Source: Mytilus edulis (taxonomy: Eukaryota). Taken from it: a stretch of 64,000 bases of DNA. The notes under the pieces were generated by a model. It saw only the letters and a program-made list of their open reading frames with translations. It had not been told where the DNA came from and did not search any database. A program made the translations under genes and the position numbers. Every line of letters begins with the position of its first letter. Positions within the stretch are counted from its first letter, which is position 1. Shown here one piece after another: positions 1 through 12,300 of the stretch. Location: NCBI RefSeq assembly GCF_963676685.1, contig NC_092355.1:23064001-23128000 (forward strand), given 5' to 3'.

Positions 1-191
1 AGTAAAGTAAAAATGGCTAGAAATGGCAGAATGAAAAATGTATTTTAACATTCTATTTTTTATCAAGTAATTGAGAATCTATTTCATTTCCTTCATTTCA
101 TAGATCATTGTCAGATGTTTGCCTGAAAATATTAAATTATTTTTATTTTATTGAAGAGAACGCTATTATAATTAATTAATTCTATTTACAG

Positions 192-354
192 ATTTATGAT
201 GGGTCATCATCAAGTGCTACACGGCTAGCCAAATATTGTGGAACTTCAATACCAAGCCCTGTTACAGCTTATTCTGGACAGATGTTTATTGAATTCTATT
301 CAGACCATTCACAAACCAGAAAAGGATTTCAAGCAGTCTTTTCAGATGCATCAA
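192..354 (+). CDS. Exon 1 in window: C-terminal half of CUB domain
   Basis: acag|ATT..A|gtatgt; [50 protein letters not shown]. Confidence 0.9.
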
Positions 355-3300
355 GTATGTGGCAATGTTATTCTAAATTATATCCACACTTGTAATCATT
401 GTGTTAATCCTTCCAACTCTTAAGCTTGTCTGTCCCTCTGTTCTTTTTTTTGTCCATCGATCCTCAGGATTACTCTTTTTATCAACCAATCCAGTTTTTA
501 AATGGCTATTTTATATGTAAATATAGTATGTAATTAGTATTTCAATTGGTCTTTTATATTGACAGATCTCATTTAACTTTAGGATGATTAACACAAGACT
601 TTGGAAATCGCTCAATTGGTGATCTTTCTTCAGTTTACTGTGGATTCATATATTTTCATGGGTACCAATTCTAATGAATGGATGAAACCTTGCATTTTCA
701 TGGATACATGTCATTTCTGTCAAAATCTGGATACAGCTTTATAAAAATTTGTAATTTGTAGGCATTTAAATACATGGTTCACCTGAAACCACTAATCCAA
801 CTATACTTGGTATCAAACGAATAATAATGAATCCACAGTAAATAAATTTGTTGTGCCTATAAGATCCACTGTCAACAGAAAACTCAGGGTAGATAACTCT
901 CTTAATTTTCATGAAAAGTAAAGCAATAGTTATCTATCTTTTTCTGACACATATTTATTGATAATTCAGTCAAAATCTAGAAGATTATTCAATTACCACA
1001 TGGTAAAATTTAAATTATTTAATGCCCAAAAAGGCGCAAGCCAGGGCCGACCGTGCAAGGGCTGTATAGCCAGTCAAGGTCGTTAAAAACTTCCATTTGT
1101 TGTATCTAGAAGATGAATTCTGGACTGAGACATTAATGCTGGCATTTTAATTTTTGATTTTAGTTTCTTGTGTATAGTACAGAATTAAGCATGATGTCCA
1201 TTATCAGTGAACTAGTATACATATTTGTTAAGGGGCCAGTTGAAGGAATCCTTGGGATGTGGGAGTTTTTCACTACATTGAAAACCCATTGGTGACCTTC
1301 AGCTGTTGTCTGCTCTATGGTCAGGTTGTTGTCTCTTTGACACATTCCCCATTTCAATTCTCAAATTTACAATAACACTGATACAAGATTTTTATTTTCA
1401 GTTCACACCAATTTCACAACAACATGGAGACCAACAAGTTACACCAATTACACAACACCTTATACAACAACCACCAATTCACCAGGAGGTAAGGTTAATC
1501 ACAACTACCATTGATTTATTTATTTTCATTGAACCAATTTTTTGTGGATTTTATAAATTCTTCATACCAGCCTATTGGAAATATTATTTATGAGGAAGGC
1601 GCTACCTTAAATGCCAGCTTTATAATGTCCTAGATATTGATATGTTGTTGGTTGTTTAACGTTCAGTGGCAAATATTTCATGCATGTTCAGAACGAATGT
1701 CCAAGGCTACAATAGCGTTTTGTTTATGTCTAAAATAAAATTATAAGTTCAGATGGAAAATGCTATTTTTCTTGAAAAAAATATTCTGATTCCCAAATTG
1801 ATGAATAAAAAAGCATAGGACAAAAAAATATTTTGAATCCAGATCTTTTCCAAAAATGATTTTATCTTTCAGATATGCAAAATAAATTTAACTTTTATAT
1901 ATCTAAAAACATAAAAACTTCCCAGACCGCACATGTCAGTCTGTACACAGTATTTTTTAGGTGATAATAAGACTGTATTTGCCAATTTGTTATGATAAAC
2001 CTTAATACTAGTGTTTAATTCATGGTATATCTTGACACTCATGACATCCATTAAGATTAGTATCCTTTGAATGGTAATGAATTATATACACAGTTTCAAG
2101 AAATTTTATTGGTTAAAATAAATCTAAACAATGAAAAGAGAAATGATAGCTATCCCCATCCACCTATACACAAGCAATCAATACAGACCCACATAACCAT
2201 TCAACTCAGAAATCTTAAAAGTCAGCATGTTTAAGAAAATTCAAAGTTTAACATTTTTAAAACGTAATGTAATATCTAAGTAGTTCTTCTACAGGAATAA
2301 CTAGTCTGGCATCACTTAAATTTAATTTAGAATCACCCTCCTTGCATTTGACTCCAGTCTTAATTGACCACCAATTGCCAGTTTTCCTGTTGAAGGTTGT
2401 GGTTCTCTCCAGAAACACTTGCTTCCTCCAACAATAAAAAATGTCTGCTGCTATAAAGCTAAGCTTTGTATAGAACATCAGTATCTTAAAAATGAACACC
2501 ATCAATAATGGCATCATTGGTATCCATAAAATAAAAGGTTTTATTGCCTCTTTTTTTCCATTAACCTTGGGATTTTGTTAGAAAGAAATGTCTTGAATTC
2601 ACATCTGGGTAAGACTGCTTATTTTTTCAGGAATTTGGAATGACACCCCTCCTACCCCTTGTAGATATAAATATAAAAAAGAAGATGTGGTATGATTACT
2701 AATGAGACAACTATCCACAAGAGACCAAATAACACAGAAATTAACAGCTAAAAGTCACTGTGCATTCTTCAACAATTAGAAAAGCCCATTCCACATAGTG
2801 AGCTAAAAAATGCTATGAAATAACAAATGTATAACAATTCAAACAAGAAAACTTATGGTCTAACTTGGGTACAAAAAAAATAACATATTTTTTCAAATAA
2901 ATAAAATCTAGTTAATTTTTGCAGCATGTGGTGGATATTTCACTGGACTTACAGGAGTTTTGGCATCACCAAATTATCCTGGAAACTATCCAAATTCCCA
3001 GCGTTGTTATTACTTTATTACGGCACCAATTGGTTACACAGTAGTGTTGACCTTCACCCATTTCTATACAGAAAACTGCTGTGATCATGTGGATGTAAGT
3101 ATTACAATGCTGAAACAAGAGCTAAATGGTATTTAACTGCTAATGGGTCCATTTTGTTTAATATCCCATTGGTTTATTAAGAATGCGATAAATGGAAAGG
3201 GGAGTGTTTGTTCTTTGATCCCACTTTTTATCTGGAAGGGTAGGATATATTCTTTTTAATTTAATGCAAATTTAACATAATATTTACCTGATAATGCCAT

Positions 3301-6300
3301 TCACCCACTCACAGTGCTCCTACTATACCTTTTTTCCAAAATGATAGTCATTGTTGTTTTCAGAATAATTCTGAGGGTTTCTAAAACTGTACTGTCACTG
3401 TCATGAAATAGAAGTTCCTTTGTTATATAAGTTCCAAGTTTTTCTCTGTGCTACATATACATCATTGAAAATTTGGAGGAAAAATAATCTTTATGCTATC
3501 CTATTTTATAGGTATTTGATGGACTAATTTAACTGATAGTGATTTGTGATACATTAATTAGTGTAAATTTGGATGAAGAATTATATATGCATACCCTATT
3601 TTATAGGTATTTGATGGACTAACTAATAGTGATTTGTTATTGGTCACCTTGAGAGGTGTTGTGAGTGGACAAAGAGTAGTACAGTCAACGTCCAACAAGA
3701 TGATGGTATACTTCTATACTGATGGCAGTGTTGTTTATAATGGTTTCAGGGCTATTTACACCACAAACATGGAGCGTAAGTTAACCTGAATACAATCGTT
3801 GTATTCCACTTATCTATGATTACTTCATTAAAATCTGAATGCACAGACAAAGAAAAATTAAATAATTTTTTAAGTTTTAATTTTTTTACCATGAGTCCTA
3901 TTTATAATTATTTCTATTTAAATCACATGCTACATTTCTTTAATTTCGAGCGTCACTGACGAATCTTTTGTAGACGAAATGCACGTCTGGCGTAAATATA
4001 AAATTTTAATCCTAGTATCTACCTAGTACGAGTTTATATGCTTTTGGTTTTACTAAAATTTTCAAAGGTGAAATTGTTCTGAAGAGCACCCATTTTTTGG
4101 AGGAGCCTCAGACAGACTACAAGAATAGGTAGTGACTGATTTGTTGTTTACTTTCAGATTGTCCTATAGACCAGGTGCAGTGCTCTATGAGTGCATCAGA
4201 TTGTGTATCTGTGTATAAACTGTGTAATGGTTATACCCAGACTGTGTGTTGTTTTCTTTCAGATTGTCCTATAGACCAGGTGCAGTGCTCTATGGATGCA
4301 TCAGATTGTGTATCTGTGTATAAACTATGTAATGGTTTAACCCAGATTGTGTTATTTATTTCAGATTGTCCTATAGACCATGTGCAATGCTCTATGAGTG
4401 CATCAGATTGTGTGTCTGTGTATAAACTGTGTAATGGATATCCAGACTGTGCTAATGGATTTGACGAACAGCATTGTCTAAATTGTAAGTTATTGTATAG
4501 ATATGAGGACCTGGATGGGGTTTATAACAAAATAGAAAGTAATGGGACTAGATTACATAAAAATAGGGGGGGGAGGGTGCTGATAGAGAATAATGGGCCA
4601 AAGATATAAGATATAGGAAACGATGGATAAAAATATATTATGAAAAGAGAAAAATTACCATTAAGATTGGAGGACTCCTTATATGAGTTATTACCCTTGT
4701 TTTTGTTTATTATAAGTAAACTATATACAGTATGGGTTTTTCTCATTGTTGAATGGATGCCTTCAAAAATATTTAACGATATAGAAATGAAGACCCCTCA
4801 TTCAGACCCTCAGATGTGGTATTATTAAAAGAGGAAGTGTTGTATATGTAAATGAAACAGAAATCCAACAACAACACTACAAGAACCATTATAGAGATTT
4901 AGAGGTTAAATATTGTCATCAATAATTGACAAATTTCTTTTAACAAATTGTGCCTGACCCTAATGGGCAGTCAAGGTTGATAATACTTTTCACATTTGTC
5001 AGACGTTTTCTTGTTTCTGATACCGTTTGACCTTGAGTGGTGTATGCTCAGCATGGCAAAGCATTCTTGCTAGTTTTTTCCAGAGCTGTTTTGACATATC
5101 TGATAAAGAGAATTATTTTATAAAAGATTATTGAAAATGTTTGTGTTGAGAATTATTGTGCAAATAATTGGAAAGTATCATTGGGTGATGTCCACATTCC
5201 AGCTTTTAGACCTCTGTGTTTATTTATTGTTGATTCATTATTATTTGTTGGATATATAAAAAAGAAGATGTGGTATGATTGCCAATGAGACAACTATCCA
5301 CAAAAGACCAAAATGACACAGACATTAACAACTATAGGTCACCGTACATCCTTCAACAATGAGAAAAGCCCATACCGCATAGTCAGCTATAAAAGGCCCC
5401 GATAAGACAATGTAAAACAATTCAAACGAGAAAACCAACGGCCTTATTTATGTAAAAAAATGAACGAAAAACAAATATGTAACACATAAACAAACGACAA
5501 CCACTGAATATACAGGCTTCTGACTTTGGACAGTGAATTTTGGGTCCTCAATGCTCTTCAACTTTGTGTTTGTTTGGCTTTTTAACTATTTTGATCTGAG
5601 CGTCACTGATGAGTCTTATGTAGACGAAACGCGCGTCTGGCATATAAAATTATAATCCTGGTACTTTTGATAACTAACTACATACATAAATAATGTTAGC
5701 GGTATCCCAACCCTCCCCTAACCTGGGACAGTGGTATAACAGTACAACATAAGAACGAACTATAAAAATCAGTTGAAAAAGGCTTTTTTTGTGGGTACAA
5801 GGTAATCCTGAATTTCAATGTTCAACGAACTACAAATTTCATAGACGTGTATGCAGACTTTTGCAAGACCACGAAATTTAATATCATCGAAAGCGTAATT
5901 TTTTTTTCAATCCACGAAAATTGGTACCCACGAAAATAAATAAATGATTCTACAGTAAGTTAATTACCAAGACAGATAATGGTCAATTATTTAATGTAAT
6001 AATGCAATAATGTTTTAGATACAACACTGACTAGTACCCAAAGTACACCATCAGCCAACGCTACCACCATAACGACCACACTGCTGCCACACAATGCCAC
6101 TTATACGACTAGAATACCTACTACTCCTGTCGCTAGTAACATAGGTAAGGCATTCTAATATAAACATAGAGTACTCCTGTATATCAAATTATCTACTGTA
6201 AATTCAGCAAAGCAAATAAAGCAAAGAACCTGACCCATTGTGTACTCTTTATTTCACAATCCAAGATGGCAGTATACAGTTAATCTACTGTGGATTCATT

Positions 6301-9300
6301 ATTGTTTGTTGGATACCAATTTTCGTGGGTTTCGTGAGTACAGGTCAACCACAAAATTTGTGGCACAAATTCAAATGTTCGCCAATTTACAAATTTTATA
6401 TAGGCCTTGTTTGCATAGACTAGCAAATTCATGAAATTTAATGTCCACAATAATGTAACTTTTCCTCAATCCATGAAAAATTGATACCCACAAAAAATAA
6501 ATGAATCCACAGTTATCTACCTTAAACTGGGTTTGTTTAGGAAGAAATCAGATTTCATTATATCCTTTTCAAAAATTTACATTAGTTTAGCAAGGAAAAA
6601 ACGTAAATATTTGGTCCATTTTAATAATTCCACTTTCACAAGTCTAGAAGAGATACTTAATACATAATTTGTCGTAAAAATTATTTTTTGTAGAATTGCG
6701 GCTTGTTAATGGATCTAACTGTTTGGAAGGAAGAGTAGAAATAAAAATAAATGGAGTATGGGGAACTATATCTACATATAATGCACCATTTACTACAAGA
6801 GAAGCTAGTGTCATCTGCAGAGTGTTAGGATTCAGGTGAGAGTTATAGATTTACTATCTGGGAGGCTGGTGTCATCTTTAATTTTTATATTAGGCGAGGC
6901 TAGCATAACAGTTGGTTTCATTTGAGGTTTTACTTTCCTACAGGCTGGCGTCATCTATAAAACTTGGTGTCAGGGGAGACAAGTGCAATCTGTCATCTAA
7001 TAAATATTGGTTTTATGGCGTAATGGGAGAGCTCACCGTTAGAAGAGCAGGCTTCATCTATAAACAAATATGTTCTGGACACGATTTCCTACCTATTCTT
7101 CCCTTAATTTCTGTTTTGTTAAAAAAAAAATTTGAGCCTTGGTGGCCGAGTGTTTTAAGTAGGTTGTGTATTTCACTCTAATCTTAATTGACTAATACTG
7201 CCAGTTTTCCTGCAATTTATGTTGTGTTTCTTTCAAGCATCCAAGCTTCCTCCATAGATATATAACTGGCAGTTATTTTAAAGCCACTGGGCTCAAAGTG
7301 GCATTAAATACAAACTTCAATCAATAAACAAATATACTAATCAGCAAATTTTCATTTTAGTGGAGAAGATGCAATACCATATCAGTATGGATATTTTGGA
7401 CAAGCAGATAGCACAGTACCTGTATGGTATACCTATTTGTATTGTACTGGTTCTGAATCAAGGCTGGAGCAATGTTCAAAACAAAAATATGCTGTTCTTA
7501 GCCATGCCTATGATGTGGGCGTCAGATGCCAAGCAGGTACGTCTGCATGCATACACAAAATAATATGGATTCAATTTTTAGCTCATCGGGGCCCCTTCGG
7601 GCCCCATGTGAGCTTATGCCATCACTTGGCGTCCGTCGTTTGTCGTCGTAAACTATTTCAAAAATCTTCTCCTCTGAAACTATTGGGCCAAATACCTTCA
7701 AACTTTAACTAAATGGTTCTTAGGGTACCTAGTTTATAAATTGTATCCGGAAGTTTTGATCCATTGACAAACATGGCCACCATGGCTAAAAATAGAACAT
7801 AGGGGTCAAATGCAGTTTTTGGCTTATATCTCAAAAACTAAAGCTATTAAAGCAAATCTGACATGGGGGTAAAATTGTTCAATTGGTCAAGATCTATCAG
7901 CCCTGAAATATTCAGACGAATCGACCAACCCATTGTTGGGTTGCACCCTCATGAAAATATTTTTCTGAATTTTTTCTGAACTCGATGCTGAAATTTTACT
8001 GAACACATTCAGTAAACCCTTTTCTTAAAAATGCCTGAATTTGGCACGTTCCAGCAAGTTTTCAGCACATTTTCAGTAAAAATTCAGCAGTACGTTTTCA
8101 GTAAATATTCAGCAATATTCAGAAATAATTCAGCATTAATTCTGAATTTTTCTGAACACCTTGCTGAATTTTACAGAATCTATTAAAAACCTTTTGCTTA
8201 AAAATGTCTGAATTTGGCACATTCCAGCACATTTTCAGCAAATTTTCAGTAACAATTCAGCAAGTTATTTTCAGTAAATATTCAGCAATATTCAGAAATA
8301 ATTCAGCATTAATTTTGAATTTTTCTGAACACCTTTCTGAAATATTCAGAACCTATAAAAAACCTTTTGCTTAAAGATGGCTGAATTTGGCACATTCCAG
8401 CAAGTTTTCAGCAAACTTTCAGTTACAATTCAGCAAGAGTTTCAGTAAATATTCAGAAATAATTAGTATTACTTCTGAATCTTTCTGAACAACTTGCTGA
8501 AATATTCAGAACCTCTTAAACACCATTTTCTAAAAAAAACCAGCTATAATTTAACCCGCTCTAGTTTTCAGAAAATTTTCTGTTAAAGTTCATCTAAGAC
8601 TCTAAAGGTAAACTTTTTAGCATTTCTTTCAAAAATGTTCAACAAACAAAACAATATTTAAGCAAATATTCAGTAAAAATTTGAATTAATCTATACTCAG
8701 CCAATATTCAGTCTTCAGCTATTGTTCAGGATCGGGTTCAGACCATTTTCAGCTTTAGCTTACATTTTTCAGGAAAGGTTCAGATGATTTTCAGTTATAA
8801 TTCAGGAAAGTTTCCATTGGTATTTAGACAATATGAGCTTTTTAATATTCTGTCTGAAAGACACTATTTATCCAAAACAAATAAACATTATTTAAGAAAT
8901 ACAATGGTGTCATATGTGAAGTAGAATAATTAGTTGTGTCTTTGTCTTTTTTATTATTGCTTTTTATTTTGTGTCTTATATAGTTGCAATCAGATCAGTC
9001 AAGCCTTTTACAACTGATGATTAGTTTGTTATGTTGTGACATCAATGACCCAGCATTGTGACATAAGAAATTTATGAGAAAGTGGACACATTTTGAAGTC
9101 GGTTATACATAATACAGTATAGATTTTGCCCATTTTAATCTTTAACTGACCAGTAATGACCGTTTATTATATCTCTGGGTTTTTTGTTTTTTTTTATCTA
9201 TGAATTGTTTGCTCAGCATCAATCATGCCACATCTAATTATTTTTATATTTTGTATAATAAACTTATAATTGTCCCAAGTGAAAGCTTCCATGCTGCTGT

Positions 9301-12300
9301 TGATACTTGGGCCAAGTATTGTACACCGTTAGGTAACCACACGAAAGGAGCACTACAGTAAATCTACATGTAATCTCACGTCTTTCACTTGAAACATTTC
9401 GTATCTATAACAGTAACATTAACAATATGCGTCTTGTTCTATTTTTCCGACTAAAAAAAAGAAGTCTTTTGGACTCTTTCCTGTCCTTCAACCCTTTGAA
9501 ATTTTCTTGTGTTAATAGGGAAAATCATCAATCCAATTTCAACGGCCTGATAATTATTTCAAATAATGTGAATCATGAATTATTCATGAACTTTTGATTC
9601 TATTAATTCAGAAATTGAGAATCATTTGTATATTAAATAAAAATCAGATTATAATATATGTAAACTTCTCTTTCTTTCTGTATTAATCAAAATTGAAGTT
9701 TCAGAGCTTCAAACTTAGATCAGTTCAATTTCTGCTTGAATTTCAAAAAGTTTCTGTGGAAGATGCAGGATTTTCACCTGCAAGAAAATACAATCCACAA
9801 AGAATCCAATGTCTTACTTATTTTTTAATTCAATATAAATTATGATATTTTATAATGCCATTTTTTTAATTGATTGATTTAATATCATGAAAAAAATAAA
9901 TTTTGAAGGGAAGCGAAAAAAAGTATAAACATTTCTTAAGAGTTTTCTGTATTGAAAGGTGCAGATCCATTATTTTGTTAGAGGAAAGGGCGCCCCTTTT
10001 TTTTAATGATCAATGCATTATCGATTTATCGATTTGAATTGGGACATATAGTTGCCACACCCCCACTTTTTAAAATGTCTGGATCCGCTCCTGTTGGTGT
10101 GAATACTTGTAAAAAGTCTATGCAATTATCATATATATGAAGCTCCGTATGTGGGACCCTGCCACCCTGTATCTGCCATTGATTGATACTTTCATAAAGA
10201 AAAGCAATGTGTCATTAACTAAGTTCAGGTTAGGGGCACAATATCATGAATATGGTTCATTTCCGAAATCCTGCTTTTTTGTATTTTTTTTTCCATTATT
10301 CCTCTCACATCTGACATCCTCCCCCTCATTCAATTTCATATCCCCACAATCCCCTATAATTCACATCCCAAAATTTGCAAAAGCATGCCCCCCCCCCCCT
10401 TTTTGTCCCTCAAATTAAAAATATGGTTCATTTACCAAATCGGGTTATTTTGTAAAAAAAAATCATGAATTCTCTCACATTCTCCCCCTCCCTTTGTTCC
10501 ATATTCAACCCATGTATCTCACATACCAAAACTTGCAAAAGCATGTCCCCCCTTTTTCTTTTTTCCCCATTAAAGTAAAAAAACAGCTGGTTTCTTAAAA
10601 AAACCAAGAACATTCCCCTTCCTCCTCTGATTTTCTCTAAATACATGTAAGTTGAATGGTCAGAACATAATGATGTGCACAAGTTCAATACATAATTTCA
10701 AGGATTTTCTTCATTTTTGATCATTTTTATTTATTTTCTGGTGTTGACTTTCTCAAAAATGGTATTTATAGATTGTCTCAATAAACATTTCAGTTCAAAC
10801 TGTAATATACTTATCTGATAAATATAGCCATCATTTCACAAATCGTATTTAGGGCGCCTAAATAGTTTTTTGTTGACGTAATTTATTATGCGTTTCCGGT
10901 TCAGAAAGGTTTCACTTATTAAACTGGCATCTACTTTCTACGAACATAGTGTAGTAGCCAGCAGGGGACCAGCTTAGATCATGAAAACGTTTTAACTCCC
11001 TATATAACTGACTGTACTATCAGTGCTTGTAAATAACACTGTATTAGTTTACAATTACAACGATTGACTAATCTGATATTTTTCTTAGTTCTTTTTTATG
11101 CAGAAATACAATTAAGTAAGGCATATTTAAGAACTTGGAGAGAGATTCAGAAAACTTCTTCTACAGATAAAATTAACACTGGCAGTGCACCAGCAAAAAC
11201 AGATAGGCTATCGAACAAATCGCAAATAATTTCAACGTAAGTTCCCTTTTCAAATTTTGAATTTTTATAAATACTTCGACACCAAGACACATTGACACCT
11301 GGCAAGACCTCCGGTGTCAATATTTTAATATAACATAGGTGCTTGCTGGTATAATTTTGGTATGCCTCTCAAGTCTTCATATAAATGAATTTTAGACATT
11401 CCGGCACCTTGTCAAATCGGCACAGTTATAGACAGTTCGGCACCAAGTCAAATCGGACCTGGTTAATTCGCCCCCAAAATTAACATTATGTTTAGCAAGT
11501 TGGGGAATCATGACTTTTAAAGAAAGGAAATTTATTATAGAAAAAACAAACTTGTTATAAATTGTAATTGATATAAGATCTTCAGTTTTTAATGTGATTA
11601 CCAATCATAGCATTATTAATAGAGTACTCATGACTTTAAACAGAAAGCCAGCTTATTATAGTGTATTGTAGATTTCACAGGTACCTGTGGACATGATTAC
11701 ATTTGGGTGCCCCTGAGTGGGAGAATCTAAAATGACACCCACCCCCTTTTTTTGGTACATGTAGTTAATGATTTTTAGATTTTTTTATTTGTTTATATAA
11801 ACTATTTTCACTTTGAATATATTTTGATTTTACTGATTGGCTAATATCTCAAAAAGATACGAACCAAATTCTTAAACTTTCCCTTAAAAATCATATGTCA
11901 CAATGCTTATGTTATATCAATTACTCTGCTCTGTGGATCTGTTTGTCTGTCTGTTTGTCCGTCCATTCATCTGTCCGTCTGTCTGTCCCGCTTCAGGTTA
12001 AAGTTTTTGTTCAAGGTAGTTTTTTATGAAGACTTGAAGTCCAAGCAACTTGAAACTTAGTATACATGTTCCTAATGATATGATCTATCTAATTCTAATG
12101 CCAAATTAGAGTTTTACCTCAATTTCAAGGTCCATGTACGAATCACATAAAGTTTAACTTAGGGCGAAGAAATGAGTATGCGAGTTAAGTTGCACCATGT
12201 ATCTATCTTTTATTCTTTTATAAAATCATATGGTCGCTAATAATCGATTCTCTACAAATAAAGAATAATTTCACATAAATAAAATACATAAATTATAATA

